Positions 10,402 to 19,674 of a DNA stretch of 64,000 nt are shown in pieces. Each line of letters starts with the position of its first letter. Position 1 is the stretch's first letter. Position numbers and translations under genes: made by a program. The notes under the pieces were generated by a model. That model saw only the letters and a list, made by a program, of their open reading frames with translations. It was not told where the DNA came from and did not search any database. Source of the stretch: an uncultured Actinomycetes bacterium (lineage in GTDB: Bacteria; Actinomycetota; Thermoleophilia; RBG-16-64-13); NCBI GenBank assembly GCA_963806155.1, contig CAWDXC010000018.1:112605-176604 (forward strand), given 5' to 3'.

Positions 10402-11226
10402 CTAGACTCGCTCGGTCACGTTCACCAGTCGCGCACGCGCTCCGACCGGGAAGTTCGAGAGCTTGCCCGGATCACCGCCGTCGTAGCCGAAGATCTTGCC
10501 CGCGGTCCGCATCTGTCCGAAGTCGACTACCACCACTCCGAGCGTCGGAACGATCTTCTCCCTCCACACGAACAGGTAGAGATCCTCGGCCAACTTGAAG
10601 TAGTGGCAGCGGTCGGTGTCGGCCAGACCTTTCTCCGAGCCCAGCAGACAGTGCCAGGTGTAGAAGCGCTCGGTGAGGTAGATGTGCTCGTAGCGCTCCG
10701 TGGGGCTGTACGTGTATTCGACCCGTCTGCCCACGAGGTCGTCGGTGGGATGATGACACGGCGTCTCCGCGCTGAAGGGTGCGTCCACCGCGCCGCTCAG
10801 AAAGCGCGCGTCGACGCTGGTCAACTCCTTGCCTTGGATGATGCGCTCCATCAGAGTGGCTCTGGTCTCCGACTCCTGGGGCAACCGCCCGATCAGGGCG
10901 GTCACGATCGCCTGCGGAAGATCGAGTACCAGCGAGACTGTCGTCGCCCGTTCCAGGTGGTTCACGAAGTCGACGAAATAGATCCCCTCTCGGATCTTTG
11001 CGGCGAAGTAGGTATCTTCAGCGCAGCGCCCCTTATCCGCTCCGCTGGTGATCTCCCAGGCCAGTTCGGCGGCCGTCGCGAACCGGTGCTCGATGACCTG
11101 GCCGTTCTCGAAAGCGCACGTGAGGGTCCTCCCGGCCAGATCGGCCGTCGCCGGCGGAGCGTTGTTGTCGGCGGCGAAGGCGTGCGCCAGCTCTCCCACA
11201 GTGATCCACGACGATGTCTCCGACAT
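10402..11226 (-). CDS. moaF: MoaF-family protein
   Basis: WITVGELAHAF, IREGIYFVDF, YTYSPTERYEHIYL, WHCLLGSEKGLADTDRCHYFKLA, WREKIVPTLG. Confidence 0.8.
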   Translation of the reverse strand: MSETSSWITVGELAHAFAADNNAPPATADLAGRTLTCAFENGQVIEHRFATAAELAWEITSGADKGRCAEDTYFAAKIREGIYFVDFVNHLERATTVSLVLDLPQAIVTALIGRLPQESETRATLMERIIQGKELTSVDARFLSGAVDAPFSAETPCHHPTDDLVGRRVEYTYSPTERYEHIYLTERFYTWHCLLGSEKGLADTDRCHYFKLAEDLYLFVWREKIVPTLGVVVVDFGQMRTAGKIFGYDGGDPGKLSNFPVGARARLVNVTERV

Positions 11227-11345
11227 GCGATGCCCCCTAGACGTCCGCGCAGCCAAGCTCAGGTAGTGTCAGCATACACCGGCCGGCCCGCGACCGGGCA
11301 TCGGGCAGAGGGGGCGTTGGACCCCGGTGGGTCGGCGAGGCCGGG

Positions 11346-11828
11346 TCAGCGCTTGGACACATCTCTGATCTTCTTGGCGGCTTCCTGGAGAACCTCGTTT
11401 ATCTCGTTCATCTTGTCGGGATCTCCGGCGCTCCTGCGCACCGCCCGCATGATGTCGGCCAGGGTCTCTCGCATGTCCTTCGTGCCGCCCCGCCCATGAT
11501 CGTGCGGACCCCAGTGAGCCTCCCACCGTTCCCGATGGCCGCGCGCCTGTTCCCTGTGGGTCTCCAGGTAGGCGAGTCCGGCGTCGGTGACCGAGTACAC
11601 CCGTTTGCCGCCCTCGGTCGTGGAAGTGACGAAGTCCTGATCCTCGAGGGCCTGCAGCGTGGGGTAGACGGCGCCGGGGCTGGGGCTGTAGAAGCCTCCC
11701 GAACGTTCTTCCATCTCCCGGATGATCTCGTAGCCGTGACGCGGCTTGTCCTTGAGAAGCTCCAGGATGGCGAATTTGATGCCGCCTCGTTCGAAGAAGC
11801 GAGAGCCTGGTCCGTGCATGTGATGCAT
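11346..11828 (-). CDS. PadR-family transcriptional regulator
   Basis: AILELLKDKPRHGYEII...YSPSPGAVYPTLQALEDQ...KRVYSVTDAG. Confidence 0.92.
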   Translation of the reverse strand: MHHMHGPGSRFFERGGIKFAILELLKDKPRHGYEIIREMEERSGGFYSPSPGAVYPTLQALEDQDFVTSTTEGGKRVYSVTDAGLAYLETHREQARGHRERWEAHWGPHDHGRGGTKDMRETLADIMRAVRRSAGDPDKMNEINEVLQEAAKKIRDVSKR

Positions 11829-11849
11829 GAACCCCTCCTATCTATAATT

Positions 11850-11868
11850 CGATATATCACGATATATC
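11850..11868. promoter_or_regulatory. Tandem palindromic CGATATATC boxes upstream of padR, putative autoregulatory operator
   Basis: CGATATATC at 11850-11858 and 11860-11868 in an AT-rich patch 22-40 bp upstream of the start codon. Confidence 0.5.
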
Positions 11869-11927
11869 TTAAGACGGGCGCAGCGAGTCGTCAAGTGCTG
11901 CCGAACATTCCCTGGAAGCGGGGCCCG

Positions 11928-13766
11928 CTAAGGAAGGTAATAGAGGGTGCCCGCACCTGACGCGCCCCCATAGTCGGTCGAGTCGACAGGCGTCCCGTTC
12001 GCGGCTACCCAGTCGCGGACGGCGGTCAGCACCGCGCTGGAGCCGCTCGTGGCGTCGGAACTCTCTGAGCCGCTCGTGTCGTCGCTGATGAGCACGTAGT
12101 GGAGCTCGCCCCCTTCGACCAATTTGGCCAGCTGATCCGGGGTCGGCACCGGATCGCGTTCCTTGTAGCCGCCGAGGGTCACTACCGGCTCGCCCGCGGC
12201 GAGGATGATGGGCACCGACGCCGAGGAGCCCTGCACCGCGACCAGGAACCTGGCGGACCCCTGGTTCTCCTGGAGGTAGGCGACGAGGTCCTCGTCGATC
12301 CCCTGGCTCGTGCTGCTGCCGCCGGCGGTCGTCCTGCCGGTCGCGGGACCCGCGGCCGCTTGATTGCCGGCCACGCTCCGGCCGATGGTGCTGAGCGCGT
12401 ATGCTGTTGGACCCGCGAGCAGGGCGATAGCCGCCACGATGACCGCGCCCGAGAGAAAGGCGTGCTTCTTGATCAGCCCCGGGGCCGCCAGGAACAAGGC
12501 GACGGCTGCCATGGCTCCGAGCGCGACGACGGTCATCGCCAGCCCTGGGGCGTACCCCTCGACGCGCCCGAGCAACGAGGCCGACCAGACGGCCGTGCCG
12601 GCCACCGCGGCCGGGAGGAGCCAGGCGAGCCAGCTTCTGCGGCGGCCGAGTCTCCATAGATCGACGGACCCAGCACCGGCCAGCGCCGCTATTGCAGGGG
12701 CGAGGACCACCACGTAGTAGGGGTGGAACGTCCCTGTCGCGTAGCTGAACACCACCAGCATGACCACCAACCACAGCCCCCAGAGGAGATAGCCCGCTCG
12801 TTTCCCGTCGGTCCGTTGCGCCCCCCGAGTGACGTAGAGTCCCGCCACCAATCCGACCAAGGCCAAGGGCAGCAGCCACGAGATCTGGTCCCCCAGGGAT
12901 TCGTTGAACATGCGCAGCAACCCCGGGTCTCCGCTCATGGTGCGGGTCTGGCTCGCTTCGGTCAGATAGCCGCCACTGCGGCTGAAGATGAGCTCGAGGA
13001 GCGAGTTGCCGTCGCTGCCGCCTATGTACGGGCGGGTGGATTCAGGCCATAGTTCGACGATGGCCACCCACCAAGCCGACGAAAGCACGAGCGCTCCCAG
13101 CGCCGCCAGAAGCTGCAGCAGCCGGCGGCCGAGCCGCGGCGGCCCGCACAGCGCGTAGACGAGCGCGAAGGCCGGAACGACCATAAGCGCCTCCAGCATC
13201 TTCGTAAGGAATCCTAGCCCCAGCAGCGTGCCGGCAGCCACCAGCTTCCAGGTGGACCCCGACTTTACCGCCGACCACACCGCCCAGGCCGCCGCCAGCA
13301 GAATCAGCGTCAAGAAGGCATCGGGATTGTTGAACCGGAAGATCAGCACGGCGACTGGTGTGAGCGCGAAGACCGAGGCGGCGAGGAGCGCAGCCACCTC
13401 GCCCGCCCAACTGCGCACGAGCCGGTGGAGGATGAGGACCGAGGCGACCCCTGCCAGGGCCTGGGGAAGCAGGATGCTCCAACTGGAAAAGCCGAACGCT
13501 CTGGCAAGGAGGGCGGGGATCCAGAGAGAAGCGGGTGGTTTGTCGATGGTCACGAACGATCCGGGGTCGAGCGATCCGAAGAAGAAGGCCTTCCAGCTCA
13601 GCGCCGCGCTCTTGACCGCGGCTGCGTAGTAGCTGTTGGCCATGCCGTTTCGGGAGAGCGCCCAGGTGTAGAGCACGAGGGCGAGGACGGCCACGGCGGC
13701 GAGGGCGCCCACGCTCCACCAGGAGCGTGGGCGCCAACCGGTCTTCCTCGTGCCGCTGTCTTCCAT
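11928..13766 (-). CDS. GT39/ArnT-like (YkcB/YycA-type) polytopic glycosyltransferase
   Basis: ANSYYAAAVKS..SWKAFFFGSLDPGSFVTIDKPP, FRFNNPDA, GFLTKMLEA, RPYIGGS, FHPYY. Confidence 0.88.
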   Translation of the reverse strand: MEDSGTRKTGWRPRSWWSVGALAAVAVLALVLYTWALSRNGMANSYYAAAVKSAALSWKAFFFGSLDPGSFVTIDKPPASLWIPALLARAFGFSSWSILLPQALAGVASVLILHRLVRSWAGEVAALLAASVFALTPVAVLIFRFNNPDAFLTLILLAAAWAVWSAVKSGSTWKLVAAGTLLGLGFLTKMLEALMVVPAFALVYALCGPPRLGRRLLQLLAALGALVLSSAWWVAIVELWPESTRPYIGGSDGNSLLELIFSRSGGYLTEASQTRTMSGDPGLLRMFNESLGDQISWLLPLALVGLVAGLYVTRGAQRTDGKRAGYLLWGLWLVVMLVVFSYATGTFHPYYVVVLAPAIAALAGAGSVDLWRLGRRRSWLAWLLPAAVAGTAVWSASLLGRVEGYAPGLAMTVVALGAMAAVALFLAAPGLIKKHAFLSGAVIVAAIALLAGPTAYALSTIGRSVAGNQAAAGPATGRTTAGGSSTSQGIDEDLVAYLQENQGSARFLVAVQGSSASVPIILAAGEPVVTLGGYKERDPVPTPDQLAKLVEGGELHYVLISDDTSGSESSDATSGSSAVLTAVRDWVAANGTPVDSTDYGGASGAGTLYYLP

Positions 13767-13916
13767 CGCTGCTGCTTCCCTCTAGTGCCCGGAGCGGAAA
13801 CGGTCACCCGTGAGCTTACCTGTGACTTACAACGAGTTCTTAGGCGAAGCGTAGCGCCCGGGCAGTAAGGGGCCTGTTAAGGAGTACGCGATCGTGCGCT
13901 GGCCGAAGACTCCGAG

Positions 13917-13946
13917 CGGTCTCCAAACGGTCTCCAAACGGTCTCC
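13917..13946. repeat. 11-bp tandem repeat CGGTCTCCAAA x2.7
   Basis: CGGTCTCCAAA CGGTCTCCAAA CGGTCTCC in the divergent intergenic region. Confidence 0.8.
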
Positions 13947-14035
13947 GGGCGCTCTCTGGGCGGTCCCGGAGTAGCCGCCGGCATCTCCAAGTGAAGCGGC
14001 ACGACAGCCAAAGATTACGTATCTTAAGCAGACAC

Positions 14036-14064
14036 TTGACTTTATTAATTGCTCGCCCCATAAT
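14036..14064 (+). promoter_or_regulatory. Sigma70/SigA-type promoter
   Basis: TTGACT-17 bp-CATAAT, 34 bp upstream of the DUF2089 start, which has a GGGAGG RBS. Confidence 0.65.
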
Positions 14065-14098
14065 GGCTAAGGATAGTGAATTACGGGAGGGCAAGCGT

Positions 14099-14458
14099 AT
14101 GAGCCAATGGAATGATTTGACCGACCTGACCTGCGATCGTCCGTTCCTGATCACCGAAGTACGGCTCGAGGGGAGCGGCATCACCATCGCCGGCGAATTC
14201 GAGTTGCCGCCACTGGCCGGCCTGCGCTACGAGGACCAGGTCTTCGTCAGCGAGTTCGTACGGAGCCACGGTTCCATCAAGCACATGGAGAAGGCGTTCG
14301 GCGTCAGCTATCCCACGGTGAAGAACCGGCTGAACCGGATCACCCAGCAGCTTCGCCTGGTCGAAGTGGAGCACATCTCCGAGCACGACGAGATCTTCGA
14401 CCTGCTCGAGCGGGGGGAGATATCGGTCCAGGAAGCTGCGGAAAGGCTGGAGCAATGA
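14099..14458 (+). CDS. DUF2089-family HTH protein
   Basis: GEFELPPLAGL..EDQVFV..FVRSHGSIKHMEKAFGVSYPTVKNRLNRI; C-terminal LERGEISVQEA. Confidence 0.85.
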   Translation: MSQWNDLTDLTCDRPFLITEVRLEGSGITIAGEFELPPLAGLRYEDQVFVSEFVRSHGSIKHMEKAFGVSYPTVKNRLNRITQQLRLVEVEHISEHDEIFDLLERGEISVQEAAERLEQ

Positions 14459-14736
14459 AAGTACCGCCCTATGCGCTGAGGGTGCGGGTAGCCGAGCGGG
14501 AACGCACCAAGTTCCGCATCTGGTTCCCGCTTTTCCTGCTTTGGCCTCTCATACTCGTCTTCCTCCTGCTGACGCTGATCGCCACCGTGGTCGTCGATGC
14601 TGCTCAGCTCATCGCGGGCCGGCGGCAGCGCTACACGCGCCTGGTGCTGGGATGCCTTGGGGTCGTCGGCGAGACCCGGGGCACAGAAGTCTTCATCCAA
14701 GACAAGGGCCGGACCGTCGCAGTGACTGTCCGCTGA
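14455..14736 (+). CDS. Small membrane protein
   Basis: ATGA-coupled to the DUF2089 gene; hydrophobic segment IWFPLFLLWPLILVFLLLTL. Confidence 0.7.
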   Translation: MKVPPYALRVRVAERERTKFRIWFPLFLLWPLILVFLLLTLIATVVVDAAQLIAGRRQRYTRLVLGCLGVVGETRGTEVFIQDKGRTVAVTVR

Positions 14737-14753
14737 CTCGAAAGGAGCACACC

Positions 14754-15179
14754 ATGGGTCAAGAACGCGAACGTATCCTCGATCTGCTGGCCTCGGGCAA
14801 GATTACGGCCGAGGAGGCCGGGCGCTTGCTTGACGCCCTCGAGGCGCGCTCGTCGCAAGCCGTCGCCACCGGGACGATCCCCGAGGTCAAGCCCAACGGG
14901 ACCCCGAAGTACATGTTCGTCAAGGTCCTGAGCGCGAAGGGTGACAATGTGAACGTCAAGGTGCCGCTCAGCCTGGTCCGGGCGGGGCTCAAGCTCACCT
15001 CGTTCATACCGCAACCGGCCATGGAGCAGATCAACAAGTCCATGGGCGATCAGGGATTGTCCATAGACCTTCTCAACTTCAAGGCCGAAGACCTGGAAGA
15101 GCTGATCGAAGCTCTGCGCGAGATGGAAGTTAACGTGGACGCGGTCAACGGGGACAACGTCCGGGTATATTGCGCGTAG
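14754..15179 (+). CDS. SHOCT-like N-terminal domain protein (YvlB/LiaX-N type)
   Basis: AAAGGAG RBS; ERERILDLLASGKITAEEAGRLLDAL; VNVKVPLSLV. Confidence 0.75.
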   Translation: MGQERERILDLLASGKITAEEAGRLLDALEARSSQAVATGTIPEVKPNGTPKYMFVKVLSAKGDNVNVKVPLSLVRAGLKLTSFIPQPAMEQINKSMGDQGLSIDLLNFKAEDLEELIEALREMEVNVDAVNGDNVRVYCA

Positions 15180-15225
15180 CTCGAGACGGAGATTCCTGGA
15201 GCCGCGGCGGCGTCGCGCCGCGCGC

Positions 15226-17345
15226 TCAGTCGGGGGAGCCTGCCGGCTCCCCCTCGGCTTTTCTGACCCGGCACAAGATCCCGCGCAGGGTCACGGAGCC
15301 CAGCTCGCGGGCGTAGGGCGGGTCGTTGCTGGTAAGCACGTTCAGATTGCACTCCGCCCAGCCGTGCAGATCCCCCTCCTTCTCGGGGAAATACCAGCCG
15401 TGCTCGAGGATCACCACCCGCGGGTCTATCTCGTCCGACAGCACGGCCCGTTGCTTGATGGCTCCCCTCTTCGTGCTGATCTCCACCCAATCGCCGGGCT
15501 CGATCCCGTACCGGGCCGCCGTGTCGCCGTGGATGGTGACGAGCGGCTCCGGATGGGCCCGCCGGAGTGACTCGATCTGTCGGCCTCCGGAATGGACGTA
15601 GCCCGGTATCTTGGAGTTGGTGAGCACCAGGGGGAACTCCTCGGCCAACTGGGGGGCGCTGAACGGTGACTCCGGCGGCTCTCGGTAGACGGGCAGAGGA
15701 TCGAAGCCCCATTCTTCCAGCTGCCGCGAATACAGCTCGACCTTACCCGACGGTGTGTCGAAGCCGGTATGAAGATGGGCGCCGTATGCCTTCTCCCCGG
15801 TCAGGACGCCGATCTTGCGGAACTCGGCGAAGGTGAGACCGGCCGGCTTCAGCAGATAGTCGAGCACCTCCTCATCCGTGTCCCAGAAGTGCTCCCCCAG
15901 CCCGAGTCTCCTACCCAGCTCGCTCACGATGCTGAGGTCCGAGCGGCACTCGCCCACCTGCGCCACCTTCTGGATGATGCTGGCCACCGGTGCGTTCTCG
16001 GCGTTGTTGATGCTGTCGATCTCGAGGAATATCGCTACCGGGAGCACGATGTCGGCCAGCTCGGCCGTGGGGGTCATGAAGTAGTCGCTCACCGCCAGGA
16101 AATCGAGGCTTTCCAGAGCCTCTCTCACTTCCTGGACGTTGCTGTAGGTGTGGAGGAAGCTGCCTCCCTGGATGAAGGCGGCCCGCACCGGATAGGGCTC
16201 GGAGGTGAGCATGGCCTTGATCAGCTTCTGGGGCAGAGCGGAGAAGTAGTTGGGGAGCACCTTCTCTTCTGCCCCCACCCTTTCGTACCGTTTCTTCAGG
16301 GGGACCAGATCGCGCAGGTGGAGCTGCGGGGAACCACCGAACTCCACTGCGGGGGGAGCCCAGTCGATCTCACCGCCAGGTATCCCGAGGTTGCCGGTGA
16401 TAGCCCGCAGGATGGCAGCGGCCCGGTTGAACTGGTAGTTGTTGATGTTGTTGTCCTGGCCATTACCGGAGTAGATGACGGCCGGTCTGCCGCCGAGCGA
16501 TAGTCCTGGCCAGTTCCTCGATCTGGGCCGCCAGCACCCAGGTGATATCGGCCACCTGCTCGGGCGGATAGGCCTGTACGTGCTGTCTTAACTCCTCGAA
16601 ACCCACCGTCCAATCTCGGACGAAGTCTTCGTCGTAGAGCTCCTCGTTCACGATCACGTTCAGCAGCGCCAGAGCCAGGGCCAGGTCCGAGGAGGGGCGC
16701 GGCCGGATCCAGAGGTCGGCCTGCTCGGCCAGGGCGGTCTTTGCCGGGTCTATGACGACCAGCGTAGCCCCCCGCTCCTTGGCCGCCAGGATGCGAGACC
16801 CCTCCGGATGCGAAGTGGCGGTCAAGTTGGCGCCCCACGCCACGATCGTGCGCGGGCGGGAAGTCGATATCGGGATGAGACAGGAAGCCATAGGTGCCGA
16901 GCATGCCTCGCAGTCGGGCGTGGAAGCAGATGTACGACATGGAAGCGATGTTGGGAGTGCCGAAGGCATTGGCGAGTCGGGAGAGGTAGCTGTCCCCGTA
17001 TCCTTTGGCGCACCCCTGCATGAAGGCCACGGAGTCGGCGGAGTATCGCGCCTTGGTCTCGTCGAGACCTCGGGCGATGGTGTCCAGGGCTTCGTCCCAA
17101 CCGATCCGCTCCCACGTGCCCGCGCCCCGGGCTCCGGCCCTCTTCAGAGGGTGGGTGAGGCGGTAGGGACTGTTCAGATACTCGAGCGCCGCTTGACCGT
17201 TGATGCACAGCGTGCCCCGGTTGACCGGATGGTCGGGGTCGCCCTCGATCCTGACCGGCCGGCCGTCTTCCAGGTGGACCAGCATGCCGCAGCCGGCCCC
17301 ACACCAGAGTTGACACGTGGTTCTGAGGACTTCTTTGTTGCTCAT
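15226..17345 (-). CDS. Mo/W-bis-PGD (DMSO reductase superfamily) enzyme, acetylene-hydratase-like subgroup; frameshifted
   Basis: [4Fe-4S] CQLWCGAGC...EGDPDHPVNRGTLC; RLTHPLKRAG; WDEALD; GTPNIASMSYIC; WGAN; DYFMTPTAELADIVLP; GFDTPSGKVELYS; C-terminal IHGDTAARYGI..GDWV. No Tat signal. Confidence 0.85.
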
Positions 17346-17395
17346 GTCGGCTCCCCCCAAACCAAGCCGGTAGACACGACTCAGCTCAGCTTACG

Positions 17396-17914
17396 CTACA
17401 GAGCGGGCAGCCTCTCCGTGATCCGATCGAGATCGCTCAGTGCCCGCTCGGCCTTGGTCGCCACGACGCCGGAGTCCGGGCTATCCGTCGCCAGCACCTC
17501 GACCACCGGTCCGACGATCTCGGAGAGCACCTGATTGTCGGCCGCAAGCCGACCGAGGACTCTGTGGGCCGATTCCAGGAGTCCAGGGCGCGGCGACTCG
17601 CCGAGCAGCGATCTGAGGACTGGTCCGACCGACCGCGGGCCCAGGTTGATCAGGCCGTCCCCGGCCAGCCAGCGCACATCCGAAAGCGGGTCGCCCAGTA
17701 ACCGGGCCAATGCATCCAACGATGTGGGATCGACCATCGCGGCCAGGGTCTTGGCCGCTTCCCAGCGGACCCGTTTCTCGGGGCTGGCGAGCAGTGATCG
17801 CACGTACTCGGCCGCCGGCTCACCGATGAGGACCAGGGTCTCCCGGGCCCGTTTGCGCGCCATGCCGTTGTCGCCCGACAGCGCTGCGACCAGTTCGTCC
17901 AGATACTGCTCCAT
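17396..17914 (-). CDS. HEAT-repeat protein
   Basis: GGAGG RBS; RKRARETLVLIGEPA, VRWEAAKTLA, VRWLAGDGLINLG. Confidence 0.8.
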   Translation of the reverse strand: MEQYLDELVAALSGDNGMARKRARETLVLIGEPAAEYVRSLLASPEKRVRWEAAKTLAAMVDPTSLDALARLLGDPLSDVRWLAGDGLINLGPRSVGPVLRSLLGESPRPGLLESAHRVLGRLAADNQVLSEIVGPVVEVLATDSPDSGVVATKAERALSDLDRITERLPAL

Positions 17915-18091
17915 GGCTAAGCCTCCTAACAACTCGTTTCAGAATGAAGCCGCGGCCGCCTAGTGCGCCCTGGGCGGCACGATAGTGCGTCCTCGGTCCC
18001 GCAAATAGCGCTGCTATTCGCGCTCCCTGCGTCCTTCTCTGGCGCGTGCCCAGCGCGTCCCTGGCGGCGGAGTTCCATTCTGAAACGAGTT

Positions 18092-19674
18092 CTAGGCGCA
18101 GGGAAGCACTTCGAACACGTGATAGCTCCAGGCCGGCATATCGAGATACAACCCCGGCTCCACCAGACCAGTACCTTCCCGTTTGTAGGTGATGTCGTCC
18201 AGCAGGTCGCGCAGCGTCCAGCGTTCTCCGGCCAGGTCGCTGAACGGCGGAGAGACGTAGCACTGACTCTGGTGGTCGGAGAAGTTGACGACTATCACAA
18301 ACCTGTCGCCCAGGTCGCCCCGCCACCCTTGGGCTACGAAGCACTCGTGGGTCCAGTTGCCGTCCCACGCCGGCCGGCACTCGAGGAGGCGCCACTTGCC
18401 CTCGCGCACCGCGGGGTTGCGCAGGCAGGCCAGGAGCGACCGGTAGAAGACCGCCAGTTCTTCGTCCACCGGCTCGAGCGGGCCGCCGGCACAGGTGCAC
18501 CGGGAGACGGATCTTGGCCCCTTCCAGCTGCCCCTGGTGGAAGAAGCGCAGCCCCGGGCAGAGGAAGGTGATGACCGCGGCCGCCTGGTGCTTCTCGAGG
18601 GCGAAGGTCGCCGCCGCCCGCGGCTCGTCGTGGTTCTCGAGGAATCGCGCCGAGTGCTCCTGGAAGTCCATGTGGGCGCGCAGGTGATCGCGCACGGTCC
18701 GGGACGTCGCCCTCCACCAGCCGGTCGTACAGCCGCTTGTCGTAGGTGTAGTCGAAGCCCTGCTGCTGCAGCTCCCACTCCAGGTCCCAGTAGACCTCGG
18801 CCATGAACAGGAAGCCGGGGTGGTCGGCCTTGATCTTCGCGATCGCGTCCGGCCAGAAGGGCTCGGTCGGTATCCCCCAGGTACGCTCGAAGACCTCGGG
18901 CAGGACGAGCATGGCCATGTCGCAGCGCACCCCGTCGCAGCGGTCGGCCACCCGGCCGAGTTCGGCGCGCATGGCCTCCCGCAGCGCCGGGTTGCCGTAG
19001 TCGAGCTGCAGGGTGTCCGGCCAGCCGTCGAAGTAGGGGTCGCGCCCGTAGGCCAGCACCGCGTCGCCCTCGCTCGGGGCTTCCGACGCGGCCGGGCCGC
19101 CGGGCGCACTCACACGGCAGTAGTTCTGCGGCTCGCGGGCGAGGTCTTCCTCGCGTGCCGCGGACGTAGTACTCGGGGTGCTGCGTCGACCCAGGGGTGG
19201 TCGGGTGCCGTGTGGTTGGGGACGAAGTCGAGGATCAGCCGCAGACCTCGCTCGTGCAGGCGCGGCCGCAGGCGCTCCGAGCGCCTCGTCGCCGCCCAGC
19301 GCCGCGGCGACCTCGTAGCCGGTGACGGCGAAGCACGATCCGCAGATGTCGTCCTCGGTCAAGGTCGGGCAGGACGCGGGCGAACTCCTCCCGCCACTGC
19401 CGGGTTGCTGCGCGACACGGCCCGCCCGGCGGCGCCCGTCTGCCAGACACCGAGGAAGTAGACCAGGTCGAAGCCCGCCTCGACCCATCGCGTCGAGGTC
19501 GGCGTCGGGCACGTCGTCCAGGGTGGCCGGGCGACCCAGCTCGCGGGAGAGCTCAGTCCAGCCAGGTCCGGGTGTTGACCTGGTAGAGAAGAGGGTTGCG
19601 ACCCGGTCGAGGCGCCTGCCGGCCGCCGCGCTCGGGACCGGCCGCGGCGCCGGCTCGGCTCCGGAAGCGCTCAT
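18092..19674 (-). CDS. Alpha-amylase family (GH13) glycoside hydrolase; frameshifted
   Basis: [56 protein letters not shown]. Confidence 0.85.

Noticed and set aside
15226-17345. Selenocysteine recoding as the cause of the split Mo/W enzyme
   Set aside because: The metal-ligand position is a Cys codon (SYIC) and the breaks are frame changes, not in-frame TGA.
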